From NCBI RefSeq assembly GCF_001194135.2, contig NC_068984.1, positions 30,273,172 through 30,337,171 of the forward strand: a stretch of 64,000 nt of DNA. Direction: 5' to 3'. This document shows positions 12,883 to 24,162 of the stretch, in pieces. The DNA comes from Octopus bimaculoides (lineage: Eukaryota). The notes beneath the pieces are model-generated. The model saw nothing but the letters and a program-made list of their open reading frames with translations, was not told the DNA's origin and ran no database searches. Each line of letters opens with the position of its first letter. The first letter of the stretch is position 1. The translations under genes and the position numbers were made by a program.

Positions 12883-14203
12883 ATATATTAATAATTTAGA
12901 GAAGAACCATTATGGTGCAACTCGCACGATGAAGAAGATCAGACACCATCAAGAAAAGTGTACTATACAAAACTAGTTTAAAAATCTAAAAATCTGTCCG
13001 TTTAAGCAACATTTAGTACAAAGGAAATTGTCAAGGTTTTATAATAAAACACATCAAATAGCAATAAATATCTGTCAAATTTAAGGCATAAAACGTCAAT
13101 TGGGGAGATGACATCTGTAGAAAAGGAAACATATATAACGAAAAGGTGTAGGAATATAAGGAAAAAATAGCCTCATAACTTAACGAGGAAATTTGGTTAA
13201 CCGAGGTACTATCCAAAGCAAAGAAATATATACTATGTGTATCACGTGACAAAATGGCGCCCACCACGTGATCACAAATGTCAAACTGACGTTTAGAACT
13301 TAAACACGTGAGATTCGAGGCTTCATGGCGTGGAAGGAGATGTTTGTTCCTATCACTTATTTCACTATTTTTTCTTCTACTCTTTTACATAGCAGCATAA
13401 TATTGTTTGATTCCAGGTCTACGCACTTACCTTATCTTCATTTCTTCTTAGTTTTTCTTCCCTATTCTCCTTCTCACGTGTTTTAGTTCTAAACGTCAGT
13501 TTGACATTTGTGATCACGTGGTGGGCGCCATTTTGTCACGTGATACACATCCCGAGCGTCATACTAATACATCCTTTTGTTATTTACACCACCTGTCCTC
13601 GTCTGTTGTTGTTTTTTCGTACATTCTCCCATATATATTTCTTTGCTTTGGATGCTACCTCAGTCAACTAAGTTTCTTCGTTAAGTTAAGTGATGTGGGG
13701 TTTTTCCCTTACTAGCTATTCACCCTTTCGTTATTATGTTTCCTTTTCTACAGATATTATCTCCCCAATTGACGTTTCTTGCCTTAAATTTAACAGATAT
13801 TTATTGCTATTTGATGTGTTTTATTATAAAACATTGACGATTTCCTTTGTACTAAATGTTGCTTAAACCGACAGAATTTTATATTTTCCTTATTTTATGC
13901 ATTTTAAATTTAAGATACGTTTTTTGAAGTTTCCGGACCTGAAGAGTGTCCTCATATTGGGTGGTATCTATCTTGTTCGATTCATTGTAGGTTGACCAGA
14001 TATTTCCCACTGTTATGTGACCATGAAACGCACGTAGTCTTTCTCCCCCCTTCGTCTTTTAAACGTAACCGATTTTAATTCTTAGTCCAATATTTCATAG
14101 ATTTTTAAACTAGTTTTGTACAGTACACTTTTCTTGATGTTGTCTGATCTCCTTCTTCGTGCGAGTTGCACGACGGTGGTTCTTCTCTAAATTATTAATA
14201 TAT
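12883..14203 (+). mobile_element. Large inverted-repeat Penelope-like remnant (arms 12883-13312 and 13473-14203)
   Basis: Arms are clear reverse complements. The right arm has two extra segments (about 13549-13636 and 13880-14100), the latter containing a hammerhead. No RT or GIY-YIG ORF. Confidence 0.75.
13935..14040 (+). ncRNA. Type I hammerhead ribozyme motif with extended stem II
   Basis: ggac/gtct stem I; CTGAAGA; ~79-nt imperfect hairpin as stem II (tggg/ccca, tatct/agata); GAAA; AC-gcac-GT stem III; GUA triplet. Confidence 0.7.
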
Positions 14204-15199
14204 ATATATGTTTATGTGTGTTTGTGTGTATATTTATATATCCATAAATATGTATGCATGTATATGTGCATGTGCAATATATATATATATATATATATAT
14301 GGTGGTTGTCTACTCCTTATGCAGAGTTTAACCATCTCCTGTACCTACAACTTAGAACCATCATGGTAGCTATAGTAGAACTAACTTACTCAAGGTATCA
14401 CACATTGGGACTGAACTCAGAAGTATGTGATTGGGAAGCAGCTACTTGCTATGTTAAGAACAATAGACTGCTGTACACATAGCCCACTGCAAGAATTAGA
14501 ATCTGGTTCATACTAAGTGACAATGCTGCTTAGAGCAGGGGTTGAAGTTGTGTACTTATAGGTATTTGCTATCATCATATCCAATTTAAAAATGAAATCA
14601 AGTGTTATTATAAACTGGATGCAGACTATGATAAAGAATACAACAAATTTCGTCAAGGTAAAAGTAATAGTTTGGCATCAGTAAATATAATTACTGCAAG
14701 CCAGTATTATTCCATAGAATATAGGAATAGTTTTTGAATAAGATATTTACTAAAAAGGATAAAGCATATTTCAGAAAATTTTATCCTTTCCTTTTTGCTC
14801 TTTATCTTATTTCTTTTGATATCTTTAGATTTATTCAATTGACTCTGCTTACTACACTTTTAATTCAACCCTATCTTAATCTTTACAATTATTTTCAGAA
14901 AATAGTTAAATTTTTTTCTTTTTTTCTAATCATTTCTTTGTAAACATCTTCAGTTTCAGCTTCTGTCTCTTTTTTTAAAGTTGCAACTGAATTTTTTTTA
15001 AATGCAAAACAATTACAACACACTTCACTCCTGTCTCCTCCTTCTCTTTCAGAATTATCTTTTTCAACATGTTGAAAGTAACATTCATTGAATAATATTT
15101 TCTTACATATTAAGTTGTATCATATGTTGAATTGAGATATAATACAGGAAAAACAATATACAAAGAGGCTGAGAAAAGAATAAAAGATAGACAGAGAGA

Positions 15200-15750
15200 A
15201 AGCTAGAGAGACAAACAAGTAGGTTGGTAGGTAGGTAGGTAGATAGATACATATAGATAAAATAGATATAGATAGATAGTTGGATATATAGATAGATGGA
15301 TAGTAAGACAGATAAATTGATAGATAGATAAATGATTAGATGCATAAATAGACAGATAGATACACAGATGGATAGAAAGATAGATAGATATGTAGATAAG
15401 CAAGGTGGTACATAGGTAGGTGTGTACGTAAGTAGGTAATTAGACAGAAAGATAGATAGATGGATAAGTGTATAGATAGATAGATTGATAGATAAATATA
15501 TAAATAGATAGATAGATTGATAGATAAATATATAAATAGATAGATAGATTGATAGATAAATATATAAATAGATAGATAGATTGATAGATAAATATATAAA
15601 TAGATAGATAGATTGATAGATAAATATATAAATCGATAGATAGATAAATAAATATATAAATAGATAGATAGATTGATAGATAAATATATAAATCGATAGA
15701 TAGATAAATAAATATATAAATAGATAGATAGATAGAGAAGTAGATAGATA
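15200..15750. repeat. (GATA)n compound microsatellite with 32-bp and 60-bp higher-order units
   Basis: The 32-mer recurs at 15483, 15515, 15547, 15579 and 15611; 15601-15660 is identical to 15661-15720. Confidence 0.95.
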
Positions 15751-16347
15751 TATAAAGAAAAAGGAAATAAACAGAGAGAAACGAAGAAACAAAAAAGGAA
15801 ATTGAAGATTGTTGTATTTCCCTTGTTTTATTTGGAAAAACCCCATTAAATCAGAAATAATGGTAACACTATAAAGATCTTTATTCTTGATAAAAGACTG
15901 TTTCAATAAATGACTACAATTTTACCCCCTCTTCATTCATTATTGTTCCTATGTCAATAATAGTTTTCAATAAACCACTCTGATGTGTTTGTTGATGCAG
16001 AATATTTTTCATAATTATTTTGTACGAAAGAAGTGATTTAGTTCTCGACAGATGGAAAAATTAACAGACTAAAGGACATGAAGAAAGAGAAGAAGCAGGT
16101 AATGTTATGGTTTGCAGATGAGTTCTTCTTAATTCATGTTAGAAATTTACTATTGAAATTGTTTCATTACAAAGGAAAATACTTGCAGATTCTTATAATA
16201 TTGTTTTTAGATAACCATTTCAGGTTTAGTATTATATGACAAAACATGGGCAAAATAAGATTGAAGAAGGAAGCTAGAAACCACATGAGAGCATTGTATG
16301 TCCTCAGGAAAATCAGTTAGGGTTAAGGACAAGGAGATACTTAAATA

Positions 16348-16687
16348 CATTATTTACAATTGACGGATATTTGTCCTCATCTTGTTTGTTGTTAACACGT
16401 TTCGACTGATATACCCTCCAGCCTTCATCAGGTGACTTGGGGAAATTTCGAACCTGGGTTCTCATTCCTAAAGTATTTTTCGATGTTGTTGTTGTTGTTG
16501 TTATTATTAATATTATTCAGGTTCTTAGGAATGAGAGCCCAGGTTCAAAATTTCCCCAAGACACCTGATGAAGGCTGGGGGGGGGGGTATATCAGCCAAA
16601 AGTGTTAATAACAAACAAGATGAGGACAAATATCCATCAATTATAAATAATGTACATAATTCCTCATCTGTTAAATATTGAACCGAT
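16348..16687 (+). mobile_element. Miniature inverted-repeat Penelope-like element with two damaged hammerhead motifs
   Basis: Arms 16346-16471 and 16525-16654; 33-bp 3' extension; 11-bp TSD atacttaaata (16337-16347, 16688-16698); CTGATGA-a-ggctg..cag(t/c)c in both arms. Confidence 0.8.
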
Positions 16688-17184
16688 ATACTTAAATATT
16701 GATGTATCTTAATGGGAGGGAACTAGAAATCATACCCATAAATGCTAAATAGGAAGGAAGAATATCAGATCTGAGTGAGTGTTTCAACAGTTACCTTCAG
16801 ACATGCATACAATCACACACAAATATGCACACACACGTGTATGCATGCTCATGCACACACACACACACATATACACACAACTTGCTGGATTTGAAGTACT
16901 ATTTTAAAGTGAATAAAAACATGACTTATAGAAAATTGGTCACAATCACTATTTTCAACTAATTATATGATATGGCAATGAATGAATTAATTAACCAAGA
17001 TTTTTCTATATAAATAATATGAGAAATTGGGACCAAGACTTCTGACCTTTTGCTGTGCTTGAGAATACACACAAGATAAGTAAAATTGAGGCCATCCCTA
17101 TATACAGGTACATCCCTTATAGCCATGTCTCTACCCACTCTATTGCCTGTGAGGTCCTTGACTTGTAAGCTCACAAGGTCTAGT

Positions 17185-17530
17185 GCCATGTGTAATAAAA
17201 AGTACCTGGTTTGGTGTCATGCAAAAGCACCAATAATGGGACCACATTGAACACACCTGTGCCCCGGCCACATGAACGTGCTCATGCCACTGCCACATGA
17301 AGCACCCATGCCAGTTTCATTCTATGAAATAACACTGGTGCTGGTGCTGCATAAAAAGCATCCAGCACATTCAGTGAGGTGGTTAGCATTTGGAAGGACA
17401 TGCAACTGTAGAAATCATTCCAAAACAGACAATTGGAGCTTCGTGCAGCTCTCTGGCTGGCCAGTTTCTGTCAAACCATCCAACCCATGGAAAAGAAATG
17501 TTAAATGTTGTTGATGATGATGAGCTATTA
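17185..17530 (+). mobile_element. Family C interspersed repeat with (GAT)n tail
   Basis: aaaagcacc units, ttagcatttggaaggacatgca, ccaacccatggaaaag and a gatgatga tail, as at 21377-21690. Confidence 0.7.
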
Positions 17531-17879
17531 CATCCTCCAGAAAAAGGTAACATGTCCTTGCGTCAACTTCTCCACACATCAGTGAGACTGTTTCTCTTTT
17601 CTGTTTCACATTGGTTCTTCTAATGTCCTGCATCATTTTACATTGAAAATCTGAGACATTAAACCATTCCTAGTTTGATTCATGGGTTTATTTCTCATCA
17701 TGCATATTGCAATTGAGGTGGGGCACTTCAGTGTCGAACATTAATGTTTTCATGTGTATACAAACTGGATCATCTTAGTGGAATTATAGGCCCCTGGGCC
17801 TATGTCTGTAGTGTGACCATGTCTTCAGACAGTACCTCATACATACAAACATACATCGACATATTTTGATGTGAAGCAC

Positions 17880-18270
17880 GGCCTCTCTGGGAGAAATGCT
17901 GACATGGTAGCCTTTCTTGGAGTAGTATCAACATAAATGTAACCTCTCTTGGACTTGTGACCTCTACAGTACAACACACTTTGAAGGCTATGCATTTGCA
18001 ATCAAAGAACTGGAGATTCCAATGAAATACCTCAGGAACAAAAGAGACACTGAAGCCTTTGGAACCCCAAGATGAAACCAAAAATGTAGATTGTCATATT
18101 TCAGTGGAAGACACTTCACATATCATTAGCAGCTGCCCCAAAATGTCATCAAGGTATATGCTGACGTGGTACGATGTTGCATAAACAATATACAATGCTA
18201 TTCAGCAAAAAAGACTGTCCTAGAATATGTAAGTGGAACAGTAAAAATATGCAAGACTTTTCTCAAGTTT
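17880..18270 (+). mobile_element. Internally deleted Dong/R4-like LINE fragment (second family)
   Basis: HFEGYAFAIKELEIPMKYL..KCR..VEDTSHIISSCPKMSSRY joined directly to the terminus SGTVKICKTFLKFKM*; the RLE middle present at 41986-42720 is missing. Confidence 0.8.
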
Positions 18271-18381
18271 AAAATGTGACTTTGTTTTTGTTATTTACAT
18301 TCCAGTGATGGAATTTTGTACCATTGTTAGGAGTCAACTCGTTCCTAAGAAGAAAAGTTCATATAATTAAAACAGAAGAGA

Positions 18382-18412
<31 letters not shown>

Positions 18413-19687
18413 CATATAGGAAACTGAAATTTGGTGTAGGAACATATCTTTTCTAAGTCAAAGGTTATGTGTCTTTACTGAAATTTTTTGTTTTAGCTCC
18501 AGACAGAAGAACTAAGAATGTTATATACCCACAAGCATTCAAACTGATAACGGTAAAGTTACTGATTAGAAAGATAATTTACTTAAAGTAATTATCCAAA
18601 TTAGAGCAGTTTTTTTTAAGCATGTTTTCTGAGAAAAAGAAAATTAGAAGAATAAATTTCACTTGAGGTTCTATAGTTGTTTGTTAATTTCTTTTGTGAA
18701 TTTATGAAACTCAACTTTAACCTCTTTCTGCATGGTTTTCAAGCAATAATTCAAAGTGAATCAACATTCTCAGATGAACTAAATACTGTCAGATTCTTTT
18801 TAAAGCAATTTATACAAAATATAGTGAATTCATGTGATTAATATCTATTTCAGATATTAATAAACATGGGTAAGGTCCAGTATGGTGGCTAATATAAAAT
18901 ATTTCTTAGAATTTTCTTTCAAGTGTGTACAAGAATTATTGTTTTTGTTCTTTCTTATCACAATCTCTTGTATTACTAATTTAGGTAGTGGGGTGGCTAA
19001 AAAGTATTTCTAAATTGTTTATGACAATAATAATAAAAAAGACTAAATACCTAAATAAGAATATAAACTTACAATATCTACATCTTTGAGATGATTTATT
19101 ACATGAACAGAACTCAATTATCAGAATACTAGCTTTGTCATTTGAATTTTTATCTAATCAGCATATTCTTTAATCATCTTTGGTTATCACTTTTCATCTT
19201 TAGATGTTTAAATATAATCTTAGGCAAGATAGAGCTGTGGAGTGTAGGGGAAGCAAAATGTTGGATATATGATTTGTATAATTTTGTTGAGTTCTTTCAT
19301 GCACTGAGTTCAAATATTGCTGAGGTCAGCTTTGATATTTATCCCTGTAGAGTTTGTTGAAGAAGTACTTGTCATGAAGGAGATCAATTTGATTAACTAT
19401 ACCTTTTCCCTAAAAATTAGTGGTTTTGCACCAAATAAAAATCAATATTAATGAATGGTGATTCTGTAGAACAGTAATAGAGGACCACACTAAATTCCGG
19501 TCAGCTTTAAGTTCTGAACTCTTACATTCTCATTTTACATCCCACTAGTGTTAGCTTTATTCTCCATCTTTCGAGGTTTAATAATGTAGCAGTCATTTAC
19601 TGAGGTTTATTTAGTTCAGTATACTTCACCTTTAGCAATTTGTTACTTTGTGCTACAAATCCTTAAGAAATCTTTATATTTGGTTAA

Positions 19688-19908
19688 CTCTTTGGTGTTT
19701 AAACCAGCCATATCTGGCCCAAACATCCCAGTTGTTTTATGTTCAAACTGGATAGATCTGGCTTCTCACATCTGCCCTACAATGTCATTCTGATGACAAA
19801 CAACCACTCTAATGAAATCTCAAAGCTGCAAGATAATTATATGCTTAATTCAAAACAATATGAATGCATAAGCATTACCTTTGATGGAGTAATCCGAATG
19901 CTAAAGGG
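19688..19908. mobile_element. piggyBac-like MITE
   Basis: TTAA at 19684-19687 and 19909-19912; right end atgctaaaggg; left end ctctttggtgt is an imperfect inverted match. Confidence 0.55.
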
Positions 19909-20820
19909 TTAAGCATTCATGTATTTAATGACTGTTTTTTCATGTTAGCTTGGATTGTGATAGGGTAGTTATTTTGAAGCAGGATTTAATACCTGAATGC
20001 TCTGTTTGTTGCCACCTGTTACTTGTTTTTCAAAACGGGGATATGTTAATACAAATTAATTAGATTAAATATCTTTCAGATATTTACGGCTAAGGATTTG
20101 TATCTAATGCTAGTAATTATATATAATATGGAATGATCCAGAAGTACATAATCCCTTATTATTTTTTTCTTCAACAAAGTCTTGAGTAAACTTTGTTTAC
20201 GATTTCTTATTGTAAACAATTTAGAGATATAGCTGTAGAATAGCTTTAGGTATATCTACTTGAGGCATATGTACAAACAACGAGGTCAGACGAAGGAATA
20301 TTTTTAAGTGATATTTTTACAGTTCCCAACAGAGGGATTCCCTTGAGAGAATTAGACTTAAACATTGAACAAACCTAACAGCTATCCGGATGCAACTTGA
20401 TTTATTGTTTAGTTAACTACATTCCTTTTATGTTTCTTTTTATACTTTACTCTCTGACCATTTTCCGCCAAAACATTTCTGACCAACCTTTCAAACATTC
20501 CTCTTTTGTCAGTAGAAAGCAAGAGGGAAAGAAAGAGCAATGGAGGCAGACATACACAGAGAGACAAAGCAAGAGACCTTCTGTTACTTAAGAGGTTACA
20601 ATTCTCTGAAATGGTAAAGAGAGGCAGTGTCTAATCACATGACAGATCAGAGTTCTCTCTCCTTGTTTATAAGCTGGAATCTCATCAATCAAAATATCAT
20701 TGTATAGATATGGGTTACTGTAAACAAAAGATCAACCAAATGAAGGGAACCAGCCCTGTTACAAAACAATTCTGTTGAAATTTTAATCCCATTCTTTACT
20801 AATGAGTAGACAAAATAAAG

Positions 20821-21046
20821 AGAGGTAATATCTATTCCCACATAAATGAGGAAAGAAACTCTCATATCGACTTTTAGCAAGATGCTCTCATGTTTATATG
20901 AGTGTGCATTTTGCATGAGAAACCTGTGTAAGAGTTTCTCTCATTACATCTGCTACAGTAAAGTTTGTTCTGATAGAACATCCTCGTTTACATGGGAATA
21001 AATATTACCTCTTGGTAATTAATACTGCCTCTATTGCTAATATATT
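20821..21046 (+). mobile_element. Foldback mini-element with 12-bp TSD and 34-bp 3' tail (PLE-like architecture)
   Basis: 20821-20852 is the reverse complement of 20981-21012 (4 mismatches); gacaaaataaag at 20809-20820 and 21047-21058; 34-bp unpaired 3' extension. Confidence 0.65.
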
Positions 21047-21318
21047 GACAAAATAAAGTTTTCATCTATATCATTCTTTGTGATGAGGTTGAATAAAATT
21101 AAAATGTTTGAAACCATTTTAATATTTTTACTCATAGCAATTTGTCTTCCTTCTTTTCAATCCTCACAGGTACATCTATAGGGAAAAGCTGTCTTATAGT
21201 AAAACACCATCTTCATATCCATTTTAATGTGGATGTTTTGTTAGAACACCAAACACTGTGGTATTAATCATGAGAGGACCTCTCATATGGATACATGATG
21301 CATAAAAGTAATAAAAGG

Positions 21319-21376
<58 letters not shown>

Positions 21377-21379
<3 letters not shown>

Positions 21380-21690
21380 AATGTGCTGTGCGTGAGAAGA
21401 CCCAGCAAGCCAAGTAAGATCGTTGCCAGTGCCCCTGGACTGGCTTGTGCGGGTGGCATATAAAAGACACCATTTCGAGCGTGGCCGTTTTCATGCGGGT
21501 GACACGTAAAAGCACCCACTACACTCTCTGAGTGGTTGGCGTTAGGAAGGGCATCCAGCTGTAGAAACTCTGCCAAATTAGATTGGAGCCTGGTGTTGCC
21601 ATCCGGTTTCACCAGTCCTCAGTCAAATCGTCCAACCCATGCTAGCATGGAAAGCGGACGTTAAACGATGATGAAGATGATGATGATGAT
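21377..21690 (+). mobile_element. Well-preserved family C repeat with (GAT)n tail
   Basis: cacgtaaaagcacccact, ggttggcgttaggaagggcatcc and ccaacccatgctagcatggaaagcggacgttaaacgatgatg; other copies at about 22960-23095(-), 29960-30050, 38185-38460, 40200-40340(-) and 55085-55260. Confidence 0.85.
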
Positions 21691-21799
21691 ATATATATAT
21701 ATATATATATATAATTTACAGATATGAATTATCCACTATGGACATCAACACTGCCAGATAATGCGATTTTAATGTACTGCATTGGCAGTGAGACGTGGC

Positions 21800-22350
21800 T
21801 GGTGGTAGCAAGCTGGTGACTGTCACTGATGAGATGCAGCACATTGAAATCACATAATCTAGCAGCTCCAGCACCCATAGCAGACATCTCTCACCTGATT
21901 GTCATATAAATATGTGTGCTTTTATGCACCATGTGTTTATATGAGAAATTCTCTAAAGGTGAATAATTCAGTGTTCTGATACAACATCTACAGTAAGTTG
22001 GATATAATGATTGCCTTTTTATATTAATACTGCTCTTGTAACTGATAATTAATTTTTAATAAGTCTGCCGACTATTTATGAAACTAGAGCATGAAAAGTC
22101 ACTGGAATTCTATATCTTGTTGGCATGAGCTCTGCTGGCAGTTCCAAAGTGCATTGCAGATGATTCTCATCTGCCAACGATATAAATATGTCTGCTTTTA
22201 TGCACCATGTGTTCATATGAGAGATTCCCTCAAGGTTAATCACACAGTATTTAGTGTTCTAACAAAACATGCATATTAGAGTCGGATATAAAGATTGCTA
22301 TTTAGTGTTAATACTGCTACTGTTACTGATGATTAATGTTTTATGATGTT
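21800..22350 (+). repeat. Two diverged tandem copies of a ~270-bp unit homologous to the body of 20821-21046
   Basis: Shared atataaatatgt(g/c)tgcttttatgcaccatgtgtt(t/c)atatgaga core, gtgttct..aacat, ggatataa.gattgc and ttaatactgc. Confidence 0.8.
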
Positions 22351-23909
22351 TCATTTAGTATAAAGCTACATTTGAATAATAATGTATTGTAGAATTGTAT
22401 TATATTTTATCTGAAACATATTTTTAGTGCTCAGTTCATGAAAGGTAAAAGTTGATTTCAAATTCATAGCAGTAAAATTCATGATGAGCAAAAATGAATA
22501 TGAATAGTTAAAAACAAACTTTTAGATATTGCATAGCTATATAAAATAATTTTGCTTCATATTCTTTTGAAATATATATTTTTTAAAGTTAAATATGTAT
22601 ATATTTTGGAAATGTAATATAAAATTTATTGTTTTGATAAGAAGAGAAAGATAAGAAACTATGATGTAACTACTTCGCATACTTTGCAAAGTGAAGCTAT
22701 AATTGCATGTAGATTTTCAAAAGGTATATATTACATCATATTTCAAATGAGCTAGGAATATTGTATAGGTTATTATTAAATGAGAAATTAAACATGTCAC
22801 CAGGAAATGTAGTGCTATGGAAATTAAGCAAACCAGGTTACATTGTATATTACCATCATTCTCATTGTCGTTGTCATCATTATGATCACCACCACCATCC
22901 GCATTATCATCGTTGTTGTCCCCACCACTACTATTACTGCTTTACTACCATCATCATGATGACTTAATGTCCACTTTTCATGCTGACATGGGTTGGATGG
23001 TATGACAGGAACTGACAAGTCAGAAGACAGTGCCAAATGTCAACTTTGGCATGGTTTTTATGGCTAGGTGCTGTTCCTAATGCCAACACCATGGACAAAT
23101 AAAAGTCTGTCATGTAGTCATAGATTTTAATTTAGCAGATCTATGTTCAAGGAATAGCTACTGTATAGCATTTTCCGGTAACCATTAATCTAAGACCACA
23201 TTATCCAACATAATCTTAGCTATCATAATTTTAAAGATATTTGACTGTGAATAAAGGGGAATTCAACTACTATTTCTAGCATTTTACAGCAGGAGTAAAA
23301 TTCTATATTTATTAAAATGGGCCTCCCATACATTACATTTCAGATTATTCAAAGTATTCTGAATTACATTATTAAATAATTGAATTGAATTAATATAGAT
23401 GTCTTTTTGTATTCAAAAGCACAATGTTTGATTTAAATGTGTGTGTGTGTGTGTTCTTCCCAAACTTCTTTACTTCTTTAAATCTTTTAAAATCAAAATG
23501 AAAACATACATTTAAAATAGATCTTTCTCAAATTATTCCCAATTGAACTTTAAGTCGAAATTTCTGAGCAATTTGATATTATTCATTACACTGCAGAACA
23601 AAATTTGCTGCTGACTAACTTAATATGTTGTCAGTAACCTATGCAATGAGTTGACCTTTTGTATGCCATTATCACTTTATAATGTGTCCATGGCCAATAA
23701 ATTTTCTTTCACTTGACCAGTCTACCTAACTTGTAAATAAATTCCATGTGGGTGTGCAGCATATTGCTATAACCAGTGATTGTGTTATACAATTGACAAA
23801 TGATTAATTGATTTTTCTCCTTTGAGTTCAAATCTCATCCTCGTAATGATGATTATGATGGTGATTATGATTATAATAAGGACGATGATGATGACGACGA
23901 TGATGATGA

Positions 23910-24127
23910 TATTAATCCTTTCTATTATAGGCACATGTCCAGCAATTTTGGGTGAGGGAATAAGTTGATTACAACGACCCTAGTGTTTGTTTGGTACTTA
24001 TTTTATTGACCCCAAAAGGATGAAATGCGACGTTGACCTCAGCAGAAATTTGAACTCAGAATGTAAAAATGGATGAAATAGCAGTAAGCATTTTGTCCGG
24101 CATCCTAATAGTTCTGCCAGCTTGCTA
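23910..24127 (-). mobile_element. SINE family A copy
   Basis: Reverse complement of ctggcagaa..ttctgagttcaaatt..tcatcctttt..taagtacca, with (ATT)n-like tail. Confidence 0.75.
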
Positions 24128-24129
24128 TC

Positions 24130-24162
<33 letters not shown>

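Noticed and set aside
15103-15906. 267-aa ORF on the minus strand
   Set aside because: Translation of the (TATC)n repeat; low-complexity IYLS runs.
16030-16098. Short lysine-rich candidate exon ending CAG|GTAATG
   Set aside because: Weak acceptor, no homology recognised, no linked exons.
21170-21255. Acceptor followed by GTSIGKSCL, resembling a P-loop
   Set aside because: The spacing is GxxxGKS rather than GxxxxGKS, the donor is weak, and there are no partner exons.
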